DNA of 32,000 nucleotides from Geotalea daltonii FRC-32 (GCF_000022265.1 NC_011979.1:2160001-2192000); one strand, 5' to 3'. Counted from the stretch's first letter, positions 1 through 8,573 are shown. Notes: generated by a model not told the origin, from the letters alone. Numbers and translations are program-made.

Positions 1-900
1 GAGATGGGCATGCTGGCCGGAGAAGTGAATGAGATGGCCGTCAAACTCATGGACGCCATGAATCAGGTGGCCCAGACCAGCGTACAGGTTGCTTCCGCAG
101 CCGAACAGCTCCATTGTACTTCCGAGCAGATGGCGACCGGTGCGGAGGAAGTAGCCGCCCAGGCCGCTACGGTGGCTACAGCCAGCGAGGAGATGGCGGC
201 AACGTCAATGGAGATTGCCCAAAGTTGTCACCATGCTGCAGACGGAGGGCAGCAGGCTGACGAGAGGGCCTTGACCGGTGTGGAAGTGGTCAAGGAGACC
301 GTGGCCGTAATGGGGCGCATAGCCGAGCGGGTAAAAACTTCGGCAGGAACTGTGTCCTGTCTCGGTTCAAGGAGCGACCAGATTGGCGAGATAGTCGGCA
401 CCATCGAGGATATTGCCGATCAGACCAACCTGCTGGCGCTCAATGCCGCCATCGAGGCGGCCAGGGCTGGGGAGCAGGGGCGTGGTTTTGCCGTGGTGGC
501 CGACGAGGTCAGGGCGCTTGCCGAGCGCACCACCCGTGCCACCAGGGAAATAGGCGAGATGATCAAGGCTATTCAGCAGGAAACCAGGGATGCCGTCGGC
601 GCCATGGAAGAGGGGGTAAAAGAGGTGGAAGCCGGGACCCGCGACGCGGCCAGATCCGGTGAAGCGCTACAGGAAATTCTGCAGCAGATCAACAACGTGA
701 CCATGCAGGTAAACCAGATTGCCACCGCTGCAGAGGAGCAGACGGCAACCACCAGTGAGATCAGCAACAATATTTATCAGATAACCGAGGTTGTCCATGG
801 AACAGCCAAGGGGGCACTGGAATCGGTGGCTGCGGCACGGCAGTTGTCGGTGGTGGCGGAAAACCTGCAAAGTCTGGTGGGGCAGTTCCGCCTGGTTTGA
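1..900 (+). CDS. Methyl-accepting chemotaxis protein, C-terminal signalling domain (5' end lies outside the window)
   Basis: Open from the window edge. The translation carries the canonical MCP hairpin tip [42 protein letters not shown] and ends GQFRLV with a stop at 898-900. Confidence 0.9.
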   Translation, partial: EMGMLAGEVNEMAVKLMDAMNQVAQTSVQVASAAEQLHCTSEQMATGAEEVAAQAATVATASEEMAATSMEIAQSCHHAADGGQQADERALTGVEVVKETVAVMGRIAERVKTSAGTVSCLGSRSDQIGEIVGTIEDIADQTNLLALNAAIEAARAGEQGRGFAVVADEVRALAERTTRATREIGEMIKAIQQETRDAVGAMEEGVKEVEAGTRDAARSGEALQEILQQINNVTMQVNQIATAAEEQTATTSEISNNIYQITEVVHGTAKGALESVAAARQLSVVAENLQSLVGQFRLV

Positions 901-929
901 CAGCAATTTTACATGGAACTTTTGCACAA

Positions 930-957
930 ACGGGGGTATCATCGCCCCCGTTTTTTT
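930..957 (+). terminator. Rho-independent terminator after the partial MCP gene
   Basis: ACGGGGG (930-936) pairs with CCCCCGT (945-951) around an 8-nt loop, followed by a T run at 951-957. Confidence 0.7.
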
Positions 958-1034
958 GTATGACGCTCCTTGCAGGTTGTTGCACCGGGCTCTATTGGAG
1001 GGTATGCTGTCAGAAACCGCAGTCGGAGGAAAAA

Positions 1035-1892
1035 TTGAAATATCCATCCGCAGTCAACCTGCCTTTTAACGGCGAAATCATAAAGGATCGCTTTACGCTT
1101 GCCCGTCCCGGAGAGGGGCGGGGAGACGGACCCGGGTACTGGATCATCATTCAGGGCAATGCAATGGTCGTAAAAGAGGAACAGGGAGCGATTTCCCTGC
1201 ACGAAGGGACCCTACCCTCGTGGCTTGAGGCGAAGAGCGAACCACTCTGCTTCGGCTACTGGCAGAACAGCCCCATCTATGGAGTTGTCGTCGGGAAAAA
1301 TCAAATTCTCCCTGCACCATATGTTGCCGAACCGTTCAATGCGGCGGAAGATGATCGCCTGGACGACTCTTTTCTGACCCTGGGGGGCCTTGCCCTGCAG
1401 ACTCTCCATTGGGAACGGAACAGTGCCGTCTGTTCCCGCTGCGGCGGTAGTCTGCAAAGAATTGAGAACACCTGGGGCAAGCGCTGTCAGTCCTGTGCCT
1501 ATGAACATTTTCCCCACATCAGTCCCTGTGTCATAGTGCTGGTGAAGCGTGGCGATCAATTTCTCCTGGGGCGGAAAAGCGTCTGGCCCGAGGGACGCTA
1601 CAGCCTCATTGCCGGTTTCCTCGATTTCGGCGAATCCCTGGAGGAGTGCGTCCATCGTGAAGTGATGGAGGAGGCAGGTGTCGAGGTGGAGAACCTGCAC
1701 TATGTGGGGAGCCAGAACTGGCCCTTTCCCAGCCAGCTCATGGCCGGCTTCGTCGCCGATTATGCCGGTGGCGAGATAAATATCGACGGCGAAGAGCTGG
1801 AAGATGTGCGCTGGTTCAGCAGGGATGCCATGCCCCCCTCATTGCCGGCAAAGAGAAGTATTGCCCGGTGGATCATCGACAGTTACACATGA
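1035..1892 (+). CDS. nudC: NADH pyrophosphatase / NAD-cap decapping Nudix hydrolase NudC
   Basis: Has a zinc ribbon (CSRCGG...CQSCAYEHFP), a Nudix box (GFLDFGESLEECVHREVMEEAGV) and the SQNWPFPSQLM motif. The ORF-track start at 897 runs through the upstream terminator, so it is unlikely. Candidate starts are TTG 1035, preceded by GGAGGA at 1025-1030, or ATG 960. The start is uncertain. Confidence 0.8.
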   Translation: MKYPSAVNLPFNGEIIKDRFTLARPGEGRGDGPGYWIIIQGNAMVVKEEQGAISLHEGTLPSWLEAKSEPLCFGYWQNSPIYGVVVGKNQILPAPYVAEPFNAAEDDRLDDSFLTLGGLALQTLHWERNSAVCSRCGGSLQRIENTWGKRCQSCAYEHFPHISPCVIVLVKRGDQFLLGRKSVWPEGRYSLIAGFLDFGESLEECVHREVMEEAGVEVENLHYVGSQNWPFPSQLMAGFVADYAGGEINIDGEELEDVRWFSRDAMPPSLPAKRSIARWIIDSYT

Positions 1893-1905
1893 AAAGGAGG
1901 ACAGA

Positions 1906-2346
1906 ATGCAGATACTGGCCGTCATTTACCGTCTTGCCGTTGCCCTGTGGTTGGGTGGAGTCGGCATCTTCACATTTATCGTCACCCCTATCGTCTTCAA
2001 GTCCTTCGGCAGGGATATGGCCGGCCGCATCGTCGGGGAAATTTTTCCGGCTTACTTCCGCTGGGGGCTTGTTTGCGGTGCAGTGGCGCTGGCCTCTCTG
2101 CTGGTGCTGCGGGGACGGAATTTCGTCCCGTCGCTGGCGATCATTGTAGTGATGCTGATCATGACTTCCTTCTCTGCATTTCATATAGAGCCGCGTCTGG
2201 CATCGCTCAAGAAGGAGATCCCCTCCTTCGAGACAACAGCGAAAGATCACCCGTTACGCCGGGAATTCACAAGACTTCATGCCGTTTCTGCCGTAAGCAA
2301 TCTCTCGGTTTTCGGAGGGGGAGTGCTTCTTGTCATACTTCTGTAA
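1906..2346 (+). CDS. Small polytopic membrane protein, DUF4149 (TMEM205-like)
   Basis: ATG 1906 is preceded by AAGGAGG at 1894-1900. About four hydrophobic helices (LAVALWLGGVGIFTFIVTPIVF etc.). The family assignment is from memory of the DUF4149 N-terminal pattern. Confidence 0.6.
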   Translation: MQILAVIYRLAVALWLGGVGIFTFIVTPIVFKSFGRDMAGRIVGEIFPAYFRWGLVCGAVALASLLVLRGRNFVPSLAIIVVMLIMTSFSAFHIEPRLASLKKEIPSFETTAKDHPLRREFTRLHAVSAVSNLSVFGGGVLLVILL

Positions 2347-2380
2347 CAGGGGTGGTTATTCCTGCTGAAGGAGTCAATGA

Positions 2381-3271
2381 ATGGAAATTCCCCATTATCC
2401 GGCTACGGCGGCCTTGGCCCTGGCCCACAAACCTCTCCTGGACGAGGTTTTCATCAGGCTGCAGCCGAAGGTATCGGAACTTACCTTTGCCAACCTTTAC
2501 CTGTTTCGTGCTGCCCATGGTTATCGGTTGACAATGGTGGGGGATGCGCTGGTGGTGCTCGGGAAGGGGTATGATGGTGGCAATTACTTCCTGCCGCCTG
2601 TGGCTGGGGCTGCGGGAGAGGCATTAAACCGGCTCTTTGCCGAGGGCCTGCACCTCTATGGGGCCGATGAAGCCTTTGCCAGGCAACATCTGCAGCGGGA
2701 CGACCTGGAGGTGACGGAAGACCGGGACAACTTCGACTACCTTTATCTGCGCTCGGACCTGGCCGAGCTGCCGGGCAACCGCTACCACAAGAAAAAGAAC
2801 CGCATCAATTACTTCGCCGGCAGGCATCCATTTACCGTGGAGCCCTATGGGAATCAGCACCGGCAAGGGGCTTCGGCGCTCCTCGACGAATGGCAACGTG
2901 TCCATTCACAGACCGGGAGTGGATCATTCCTGCTTGAAGTGGATGCCGCCCGAGAGGCATTATTCATGACTGAGAAGCTTGGATTAAAAGGACTGGTGGT
3001 ATTGGTCGAAGGAGAGGTCAAGGCTTTTGTCCTGGGGGAAAAACTCAACGATCAGACCTCTGTCTGTCATTTCCAGAAGGCCGATCCTTTTTTGGATGGG
3101 CTCTATCAGCTGACGGATCGCGAATTCAACCGTCTCCTCTTCACCGAATGCACCTATGTCAACCGTGAACAGGACCTGGGGGAGGCGAACTTGCGCGAAT
3201 CGAAGCTTTCCTATCATCCGCTGGAACTGGTGAAGAAATATCGGGCCGGCAGGAGGGATGGTCGCCCGTGA
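2381..3271 (+). CDS. DUF2156 protein (stand-alone homologue of the C-terminal synthase domain of MprF/LysX aminoacyl-phosphatidylglycerol synthases)
   Basis: 296 aa with the pattern FDYLY...LPGNRYHKKKNRINYF and a C-terminal NREQDLGEANLRESKLSYHP, which I recognise as the LPG_synthase_C / DUF2156 pattern. No transmembrane flippase domain. Confidence 0.65.
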   Translation: MEIPHYPATAALALAHKPLLDEVFIRLQPKVSELTFANLYLFRAAHGYRLTMVGDALVVLGKGYDGGNYFLPPVAGAAGEALNRLFAEGLHLYGADEAFARQHLQRDDLEVTEDRDNFDYLYLRSDLAELPGNRYHKKKNRINYFAGRHPFTVEPYGNQHRQGASALLDEWQRVHSQTGSGSFLLEVDAAREALFMTEKLGLKGLVVLVEGEVKAFVLGEKLNDQTSVCHFQKADPFLDGLYQLTDREFNRLLFTECTYVNREQDLGEANLRESKLSYHPLELVKKYRAGRRDGRP

Positions 3272-3861
3272 ACTTTCTTGCCCACCTGGCACTTTCCGGC
3301 AACAGGGCAGAGATCATGGTCGGCAACCTGATGGGGGATTTCGTCAAGGGACGTCTGGATGGGCGCTTTCCTGCCGGGATACAATTCGGGCTGGAACTGC
3401 ACCGCAGGATCGATCGCTTTGCCGAGGACAGCGAGCACTTTATCAGGAGCCGGCACAGGATAGACGGCCGTTTCGGCCTGTTCAGGGGCGCGTTGGTCGA
3501 CCTCTTCTACGATCATTTCCTGGCGAGGAACTGGCGCCTCTACCACAAGGAACCTCTGCTGCAGTTTATCGATACAAGCCACAGGACTGTTTGCCGGTTC
3601 AGCCAAGTTCTTCCCGAAAGACTGGAACAGCGGCTACCTGAGCTGTTCGGCAGCTGGCTTCCCTCTTACCGGGAGGTGGATGGCATAGATGTGGTGCTGA
3701 AGAGGATGTCGGCGCGGTTTAAGCGGCAAAATCCAATGGCGGAGGGGGCCGGTGAGCTGCAAAGGAATTATCTGACGCTGGCAGAGGATTTTCTCCTCTT
3801 TTACCCTGAGCTGCAAACCCATGTGGAGAATCTGCTCGGCAGTTTTCAGGATAATGAATAA
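3268..3861 (+). CDS. acpH: Acyl carrier protein phosphodiesterase (AcpH)
   Basis: The N-terminus MNFLAHLALSG...GNLMGDFVKG...HRRIDRF closely resembles E. coli AcpH. The GTG start at 3268 overlaps the stop of the upstream gene (GTGA), suggesting translational coupling. Confidence 0.85.
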   Translation: MNFLAHLALSGNRAEIMVGNLMGDFVKGRLDGRFPAGIQFGLELHRRIDRFAEDSEHFIRSRHRIDGRFGLFRGALVDLFYDHFLARNWRLYHKEPLLQFIDTSHRTVCRFSQVLPERLEQRLPELFGSWLPSYREVDGIDVVLKRMSARFKRQNPMAEGAGELQRNYLTLAEDFLLFYPELQTHVENLLGSFQDNE

Positions 3862-3878
3862 AGTCTGTAGATTACCTG

Positions 3879-3935
3879 CTAGTGTCCCGTGCGGTTAGTT
3901 CACCGCAAGAATGAATTATCCGATCGGGACACTAG
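3879..3935. terminator. Nested inverted repeat between convergent acpH and the RRM gene (possible bidirectional terminator)
   Basis: Outer 11-bp arms are CTAGTGTCCCG (3879-3889) and CGGGACACTAG (3925-3935). Inner 6-bp hairpin is TGCGGT (3890-3895) / ACCGCA (3902-3907). There is no clear U-run, and the right arm overlaps the RRM gene stop codon. Confidence 0.35.
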
Positions 3936-4459
3936 GGTTTCCTTCTCCCTGCCGGGCGAGCAGCCGTTTTGCTGCCGTGCCCGCTCCTTTGATCTTTCCT
4001 CCCGGAGTCGGCACTGCGGGGAGTGGCTGTGAATTTTGCACTCCCTATCTGTTTTGAACCTTCAGCCGATTTCTTTCCCGGCCCGGCCTTTGCTTCGCCA
4101 CGTGTCTTCGAGCCGGTGCCGGCCCTGGGTGCCGTGCTTCCTTTCGAACCCAGCCCCGGCTTTTTCGGCCCGCCGAACTTTCCCGACCTGCCTGATTTCG
4201 ACATGCCCGGTTTTTGCGGCCGGGCAATACTCACCGTGATCACCCGGTCAACCAGCAAAGCCCCGTCCAGTGTCTCCGCCACTTCCTTAAGATCTATGCC
4301 CGATGCCATGCGTACATAGCCGCAGTGTTTGAATTCGTTGGTCTCGGGATCGACGATCAGGTGCACCGAGGTGACCGTGCCCATTACCGAAAACAGCTTG
4401 CGCAGGTCCTCTTCCGAAGCATTGTCCGAGATATGTCCTACGTAAAGTTCCTTTGACAT
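3932..4459 (-). CDS. RRM-type RNA-binding protein with a long Lys/Gly/Ser/Arg-rich C-terminal tail
   Basis: RNP2-like LYVGHI and RNP1-like KHCGYVRM within an ~80-aa RRM, followed by a ~95-aa low-complexity basic tail. The likely start is ATG 4459, with AAGGA 7 nt upstream. The ORF track starts two codons earlier at 4465. Confidence 0.8.
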   Translation of the reverse strand: MSKELYVGHISDNASEEDLRKLFSVMGTVTSVHLIVDPETNEFKHCGYVRMASGIDLKEVAETLDGALLVDRVITVSIARPQKPGMSKSGRSGKFGGPKKPGLGSKGSTAPRAGTGSKTRGEAKAGPGKKSAEGSKQIGSAKFTATPRSADSGRKDQRSGHGSKTAARPAGRRKP

Positions 4460-4640
4460 GTTCATTCCTTTTTAAATAATGTTGCAGCCTATGCTGCACT
4501 TTCTTTGCTGGTGCCGACGGCTCTTTCCGCACATTAGCACAGCCTCTTGCGCGTAATATACCTTGTTCCGACCAAACCACAAGCAATCTTTTTTGTTACA
4601 CCGCCTACCCAAACTCACGAAAGGCGCAACACAAAAATAA

Positions 4641-4669
4641 AAAGTCCTTGCAGGCCGCAGGGACTTTTT
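4641..4669 (-). terminator. Rho-independent (bidirectional-looking) terminator downstream of the 4690-4998 gene
   Basis: AAAGTCC..GC (4641-4651) pairs with GC..GGACTTT (4657-4667) around a 5-nt loop. It is flanked by an A-run on one side and a T-run on the other, so a U-tract follows the hairpin on either strand. Confidence 0.65.
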
Positions 4670-4689
4670 ATTATTCACAACTCTCTATC

Positions 4690-4998
4690 TCAAAGGATAT
4701 CGATGTGGCTTGCCCTGACAACCAGGGATTCCTGCCTGAAAAGGAGTTCCAACCGTTCTCTGAATTCTTTCCACCAGCTGCGGTCCAATTCCTTTGCCAT
4801 GACCTCGTAAATGACAATTTCATCCCTTACCGTGCTGGTTTTCCCCTCTTTCCATAAGCCTTCGGCGGGTGATCTGACATAGGTGGTTATTCCGCCGAAA
4901 TGTTCGGCGAGCTCGTCCCTCACCTGGAGATAAATGGTTTGGGGGAAGGGGTGCCCGTCGTTGTCGAAAAGTGGGAGCAGCAGTTGGATCAGATGCAT
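4690..4998 (-). CDS. Conserved hypothetical protein (~102 aa), function unknown
   Basis: ATG 4998 is preceded by AAAGGTGA. MHLIQLLLPLFDNDGHPF...FGGITTYVRSPAEGLWKEG resembles a small family I recall seeing widely in proteobacteria without an assigned function. The ORF-track start at 5082 has no RBS. Confidence 0.55.
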   Translation of the reverse strand: MHLIQLLLPLFDNDGHPFPQTIYLQVRDELAEHFGGITTYVRSPAEGLWKEGKTSTVRDEIVIYEVMAKELDRSWWKEFRERLELLFRQESLVVRASHIDIL

Positions 4999-5412
4999 GT
5001 GATCACCTTTCTCTCTTTCTCCCGTTCCCTGGTAGGCCGTGAAGATTTGAACTTCTTGTAAATTCCGCCCCGGTTGTTCCACCTTTTTGCCTGAATGGGA
5101 ATATTTTTCCAGTGGTACATAGTTCCAGCTACGTTAAATAGAGGTTTGCGTGACATGGTGAAACATTATCACCAGTCTTCAAATCTTCAAGGCCTGATAG
5201 TGAAGTTTGGTTGAGACGTTGTTTTATCATTTTTTATCTCTGGTGTATAAAAAAGAACGACCTCGGTTGGCGACCTTTCTTGGCGACAAAATCTTAAGTA
5301 CGCCTAGTAATATTAGCAGCTTAAGAGGGTGGGGTGGATTGTATGTTGGACCCGATGATGCCCCCCTTTCTGCATCCGGTTCTTGTTTGGTGAGATGTGC
5401 TCTAAAAATATC

Positions 5413-5440
5413 TAAAGTTCTAAAACAATGTTTTCGATAA
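5413..5440 (+). promoter_or_regulatory. Candidate sigma-28 (FliA) promoter for the downstream MCP gene
   Basis: TAAAGTTC (5413-5420), a 12-nt spacer, then TTCGATAA (5433-5440). The enterobacterial consensus is TAAAGTTT-N11-GCCGATAA. It lies ~68 nt upstream of ATG 5508. Confidence 0.4.
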
Positions 5441-5507
5441 GAGAGGGTAGATCGGTAGTCGCACCTGCCGGAATTCAGGAATGCACACAGCAGCAAAGGG
5501 GGCTTAG

Positions 5508-7406
5508 ATGGGGGTATTATCTAGTATCGCTACGAAACTGAAGGTGCCGGTTGTTTTGCAGGTTTTGCTCCTGGTGGTGGTGGGATTTTTCTACCTTTCC
5601 AGCCAGAATGAGGTCCGCTCCAGGCGCGAGCAAGCCAAGGAGATGGGGATGATTGTCGGGCGGCTGCAGTCTCTTGGAGTGGATATCCAGTTGCTGCTGC
5701 ATGGGCAGGGTGACCTGCAGAAGGTGGAGGCCGAACTGGGCGCACAGTCGGCACAGATAAAGAAGCTCCCCATTGGTGGGCGGCTGGCATCTCCCCTTAC
5801 GGGAATCAAAGCGGTTTTGCAGGATACGTCAAAGCTGTTCCGGCGCAACCTTGACATCGAGAAGGAGATCTTCCAGCTGACCGCCTTATCCATTGAGCAA
5901 TCGGATCGGTTCATCGCCGATACCAGCGCAAAGCTGGCGGATCCGAGCCGTGAACGGTCCATTTCACGCCTTGAGCGCCAGGTTCTTGCCGGTGCCTCGG
6001 TGAACAGCGGCACCAACCACAATATCCGCGCTCTTTTCCTGCGCATAAAGGTGGACAGCAGCAAGCGGAAGGAGTTGATCGCCTACCTGGACACGGCCAT
6101 CAGCAACGTGACGGACTCCCGGCAACGGCTTACCGGTACCCCGTTCATGGGGGCTGCACAAAAGGCGCTGGAGGCCAATCAGCGGATGCGGCAACTGGCA
6201 TTGGAATACCAGGCGAACTGCGACAAGATCAGCGTGGCCAGCAAGGAAATCGAAAAACAGAGTAGCGTGATGCGGGAGGAACTTGACAGCTTCGCGGCAA
6301 AGAGCATGCTGGCCGGATATGATTTCTCCCAGGTCAGGATGGTGACCCTGCTCCTGGTGATATCTATCGCGGCCATAATTCTGGCGGTGTTGACCTGGTC
6401 GCTGTCGCGCAGCATTCTGCGACCGATAAGGGAGATGACGGCGGTATTGAGCAACATCGCCCAGGGAGAGGGGGATCTTACCCAGCGCCTTCCGGTGAAC
6501 AGCAAAGATGAGATTGGCGAGGTCTGCGGGCTGTTCAACACCTTCATCGACAAGTTGCATGGCATTATCGGCCAGGTTGCCAAGACCGCGACACAGGTTG
6601 CCTCCTCGTCCGGCGTGCTTTTCGCCACCTCAGGACAACAGGCCACCGCCACCGAGGAGATGGCAGCCAAAGCAAGTACGTTGGCGACGGCGAGCGAAGA
6701 GATGGCGGCCACCATCAGCGGCATTGCTCAAAACTGCAATCTGGCGGCCGAACACTCCCAACTGGCCAACTCTGCCGCCGCTGCCGGCGCCCAGGTGGTG
6801 GAGTCGACCATCTCCGGGATGGCACGGATTGCGGTCAACACCCGTCTTTCCGCGAGTACTGTCTCAGCGCTAGGGGCGCGTTCCGAGCAGATCGGTGAAA
6901 TAGTGGCCACCATCGAGGACATTGCGGACCAGACCAACCTTTTGGCGCTCAATGCCGCCATCGAGGCCGCGCGCGCCGGAGAGCAGGGGCGCGGTTTTGC
7001 CGTCGTAGCCGACGAGGTGCGGGCGCTGGCGGAACGGACGACCAATGCCACCAGGGAGATCGGTGAAATGATCAAGAGCATCCAGTGTGAAACCAGAAAG
7101 GCTGTCGCTGTGATGGAAGAGGGGGTCTCTGAAGTCGACAAGGGGACCGCTGCCGCCGCCCAGTCAGATTCTGCGCTGAAGGAGATCATTGAAAGGATGA
7201 ATGAACTTTCGATGCAGGTAAGCCAGGTGGCCACGGCGGCGGAACAGCAGAGCTACACCACCACCGAAATAAGCAACAATATCGTGCAGATGACCCAGGT
7301 AATCAACCAAAGTTCGCGCGGGGCACAGGAATCAGCAGCAGCGACCTCCCAGCTCTCCGGTTTTGCCGACAATCTCCAAAGCCTGATGGGGCAGTTCAGG
7401 TTGTAG
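5508..7406 (+). CDS. Methyl-accepting chemotaxis protein (2 TM helices, ~250-aa helical sensor domain, HAMP, MA domain)
   Basis: RBS AAGGGGG. TM1 is [14 protein letters not shown] and TM2 is [24 protein letters not shown] region follows ([23 protein letters not shown]), then the signalling hairpin [42 protein letters not shown]. Confidence 0.92.
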   Translation: MGVLSSIATKLKVPVVLQVLLLVVVGFFYLSSQNEVRSRREQAKEMGMIVGRLQSLGVDIQLLLHGQGDLQKVEAELGAQSAQIKKLPIGGRLASPLTGIKAVLQDTSKLFRRNLDIEKEIFQLTALSIEQSDRFIADTSAKLADPSRERSISRLERQVLAGASVNSGTNHNIRALFLRIKVDSSKRKELIAYLDTAISNVTDSRQRLTGTPFMGAAQKALEANQRMRQLALEYQANCDKISVASKEIEKQSSVMREELDSFAAKSMLAGYDFSQVRMVTLLLVISIAAIILAVLTWSLSRSILRPIREMTAVLSNIAQGEGDLTQRLPVNSKDEIGEVCGLFNTFIDKLHGIIGQVAKTATQVASSSGVLFATSGQQATATEEMAAKASTLATASEEMAATISGIAQNCNLAAEHSQLANSAAAAGAQVVESTISGMARIAVNTRLSASTVSALGARSEQIGEIVATIEDIADQTNLLALNAAIEAARAGEQGRGFAVVADEVRALAERTTNATREIGEMIKSIQCETRKAVAVMEEGVSEVDKGTAAAAQSDSALKEIIERMNELSMQVSQVATAAEQQSYTTTEISNNIVQMTQVINQSSRGAQESAAATSQLSGFADNLQSLMGQFRL

Positions 7407-7433
7407 CGCCAGAGAAAACATAAAGGGGAAACT

Positions 7434-7464
7434 ACAAGGCCCACTCAATAGCAGTGGGCCTTGT
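7434..7464. terminator. Hairpin between the convergent MCP gene and the mla operon
   Basis: 11-bp stem ACAAGGCCCAC (7434-7444) / GTGGGCCTTGT (7454-7464) with a 9-nt loop. A T-rich tract follows only on the minus strand. Confidence 0.5.
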
Positions 7465-7490
7465 GGGGCGCGTTGTGGATGGTCTGCCTC

Positions 7491-8573
7491 CTAAAACACC
7501 GAAAATTTGAGATACCTCTTCGGGTTCTCCTTCAGGTCCTTCACCAGCAGGTTCATGTCGTCGATCATCTTGTTCATCTTATCGTAAAGGGCTTGATCGC
7601 TCACCAGCTTGCCGGCGGTCCCTTCGCCGCTGTTGATCCTGATGGCCACATCCTCGAAGGCTTTCACCGAGTTGTCGGCCCGCTCCAGCAGAGCCATTCC
7701 CTTGTCGTAGAATTCCCGGTCCTGGAGGAGCTTGCCAAAGGTGCCGTCTGGTGAGGTGAGCCGTTGCTTCAACTCGCGCACGTCTTCGGCGGCCTCCTTG
7801 CTCTGGTCGGCCAGGGCCACCATCTTGTCGTATAGCTCCCGGTCGTGGAGGAGCTTGCTCAAGGTGCCTTCGGACGACTGGATGTCCTTCATGGTGGCAT
7901 CGGTCCGGTTGAGGATGGCCATGAGCCGGTCATAGGGTTCCCGGCTCTTGTTGAGTTTGCCCAGGGTTCCTTGGCCGCTGTTGGCGGTTTTGGCGAAGCT
8001 GTCCAACTCGGCGGTGAGGCTGACCAGGTTGTCGTAAAGCTTGGTATCCGTGGCAAGACGTCCCAGGCTACCTTCTCCCCGATTCATCTTGTCCAGGGAA
8101 TGGTTAAACTTGTCGAAGGCCTTGCCCGCCTTCTGCATGACATCGTCCAGCTTGGTTATGGATGTGCCGTAGAGGCGGGTTTCCGGCACCTGGGTGATGT
8201 ACAGGCTGGGGGTGACGTCCACATATTTCTCTCCCATGAGTCCCCGGGTCTTGACGGTGATGGCCGAATCCTTGCCGATCTTCTTCAGAGCGCTCTTTTC
8301 CACCTGCAGGACAATCTCTACTTCGTTGGTCTTGTTGGGTTTCTCGAACTGGATATCGGTGACAATGCCCACGTCTACCCCGGCCAGCCAGACGGGTGCC
8401 CCGACTTTGAGCCCGGCCACGTCGCTCATGATTACTGAAAGTTTTCCCTTGGGGACGAAAAACTTGGTTTTTTCACCCATCAGCAGGATCCCGCCGGCGA
8501 AAAAGAGCAGGGCGAAAATGATGAAGATTCCGGCTTTCAGTTGCGACCAGCCTATGTTATCGCTTCGTTTCAT
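7491..8573 (-). CDS. mlaD: MlaD/MCE-family periplasmic lipid-binding protein with a repeat-containing C-terminal extension
   Basis: N-terminal anchor helix, then an MCE domain (VIMSDVAGLKVGAPVWLAGVDVGIVTDI), then five copies of a G-x-G-[ST]-x-G-K-L...D..LYD repeat. The start overlaps the mlaF stop by 17 nt. Confidence 0.85.
   Translation of the reverse strand: MKRSDNIGWSQLKAGIFIIFALLFFAGGILLMGEKTKFFVPKGKLSVIMSDVAGLKVGAPVWLAGVDVGIVTDIQFEKPNKTNEVEIVLQVEKSALKKIGKDSAITVKTRGLMGEKYVDVTPSLYITQVPETRLYGTSITKLDDVMQKAGKAFDKFNHSLDKMNRGEGSLGRLATDTKLYDNLVSLTAELDSFAKTANSGQGTLGKLNKSREPYDRLMAILNRTDATMKDIQSSEGTLSKLLHDRELYDKMVALADQSKEAAEDVRELKQRLTSPDGTFGKLLQDREFYDKGMALLERADNSVKAFEDVAIRINSGEGTAGKLVSDQALYDKMNKMIDDMNLLVKDLKENPKRYLKFSVF

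Noticed and set aside
897-1034. ORF-track start of nudC at ATG 897
   Set aside because: It overlaps the MCP stop and reads through the rho-independent terminator at 930-957. The N-terminal extension (Cys/Leu-rich) is not NudC-like.
5266-5286. Sigma-54 promoter (TGGCGACCTTTCTTGGC)
   Set aside because: The GG-to-GC spacing is two nt longer than the TGGCAC-N5-TTGC consensus, and the -12 element is TTGG rather than TTGC. I scored it only as a direct repeat.
5207-5496. 77-aa (+) and 89-aa (-) ORFs in the AT-rich spacer
   Set aside because: They overlap each other, have no RBS, and their codon usage is unlike neighbouring genes. More likely non-coding control DNA.
5083-5507. c-di-GMP (GEMM) or other riboswitch in the MCP leader
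   Set aside because: I looked for the GGCAAA...ACGCAAAGC type core and did not find it. The proposed FliA TSS leaves only a ~60-nt leader.
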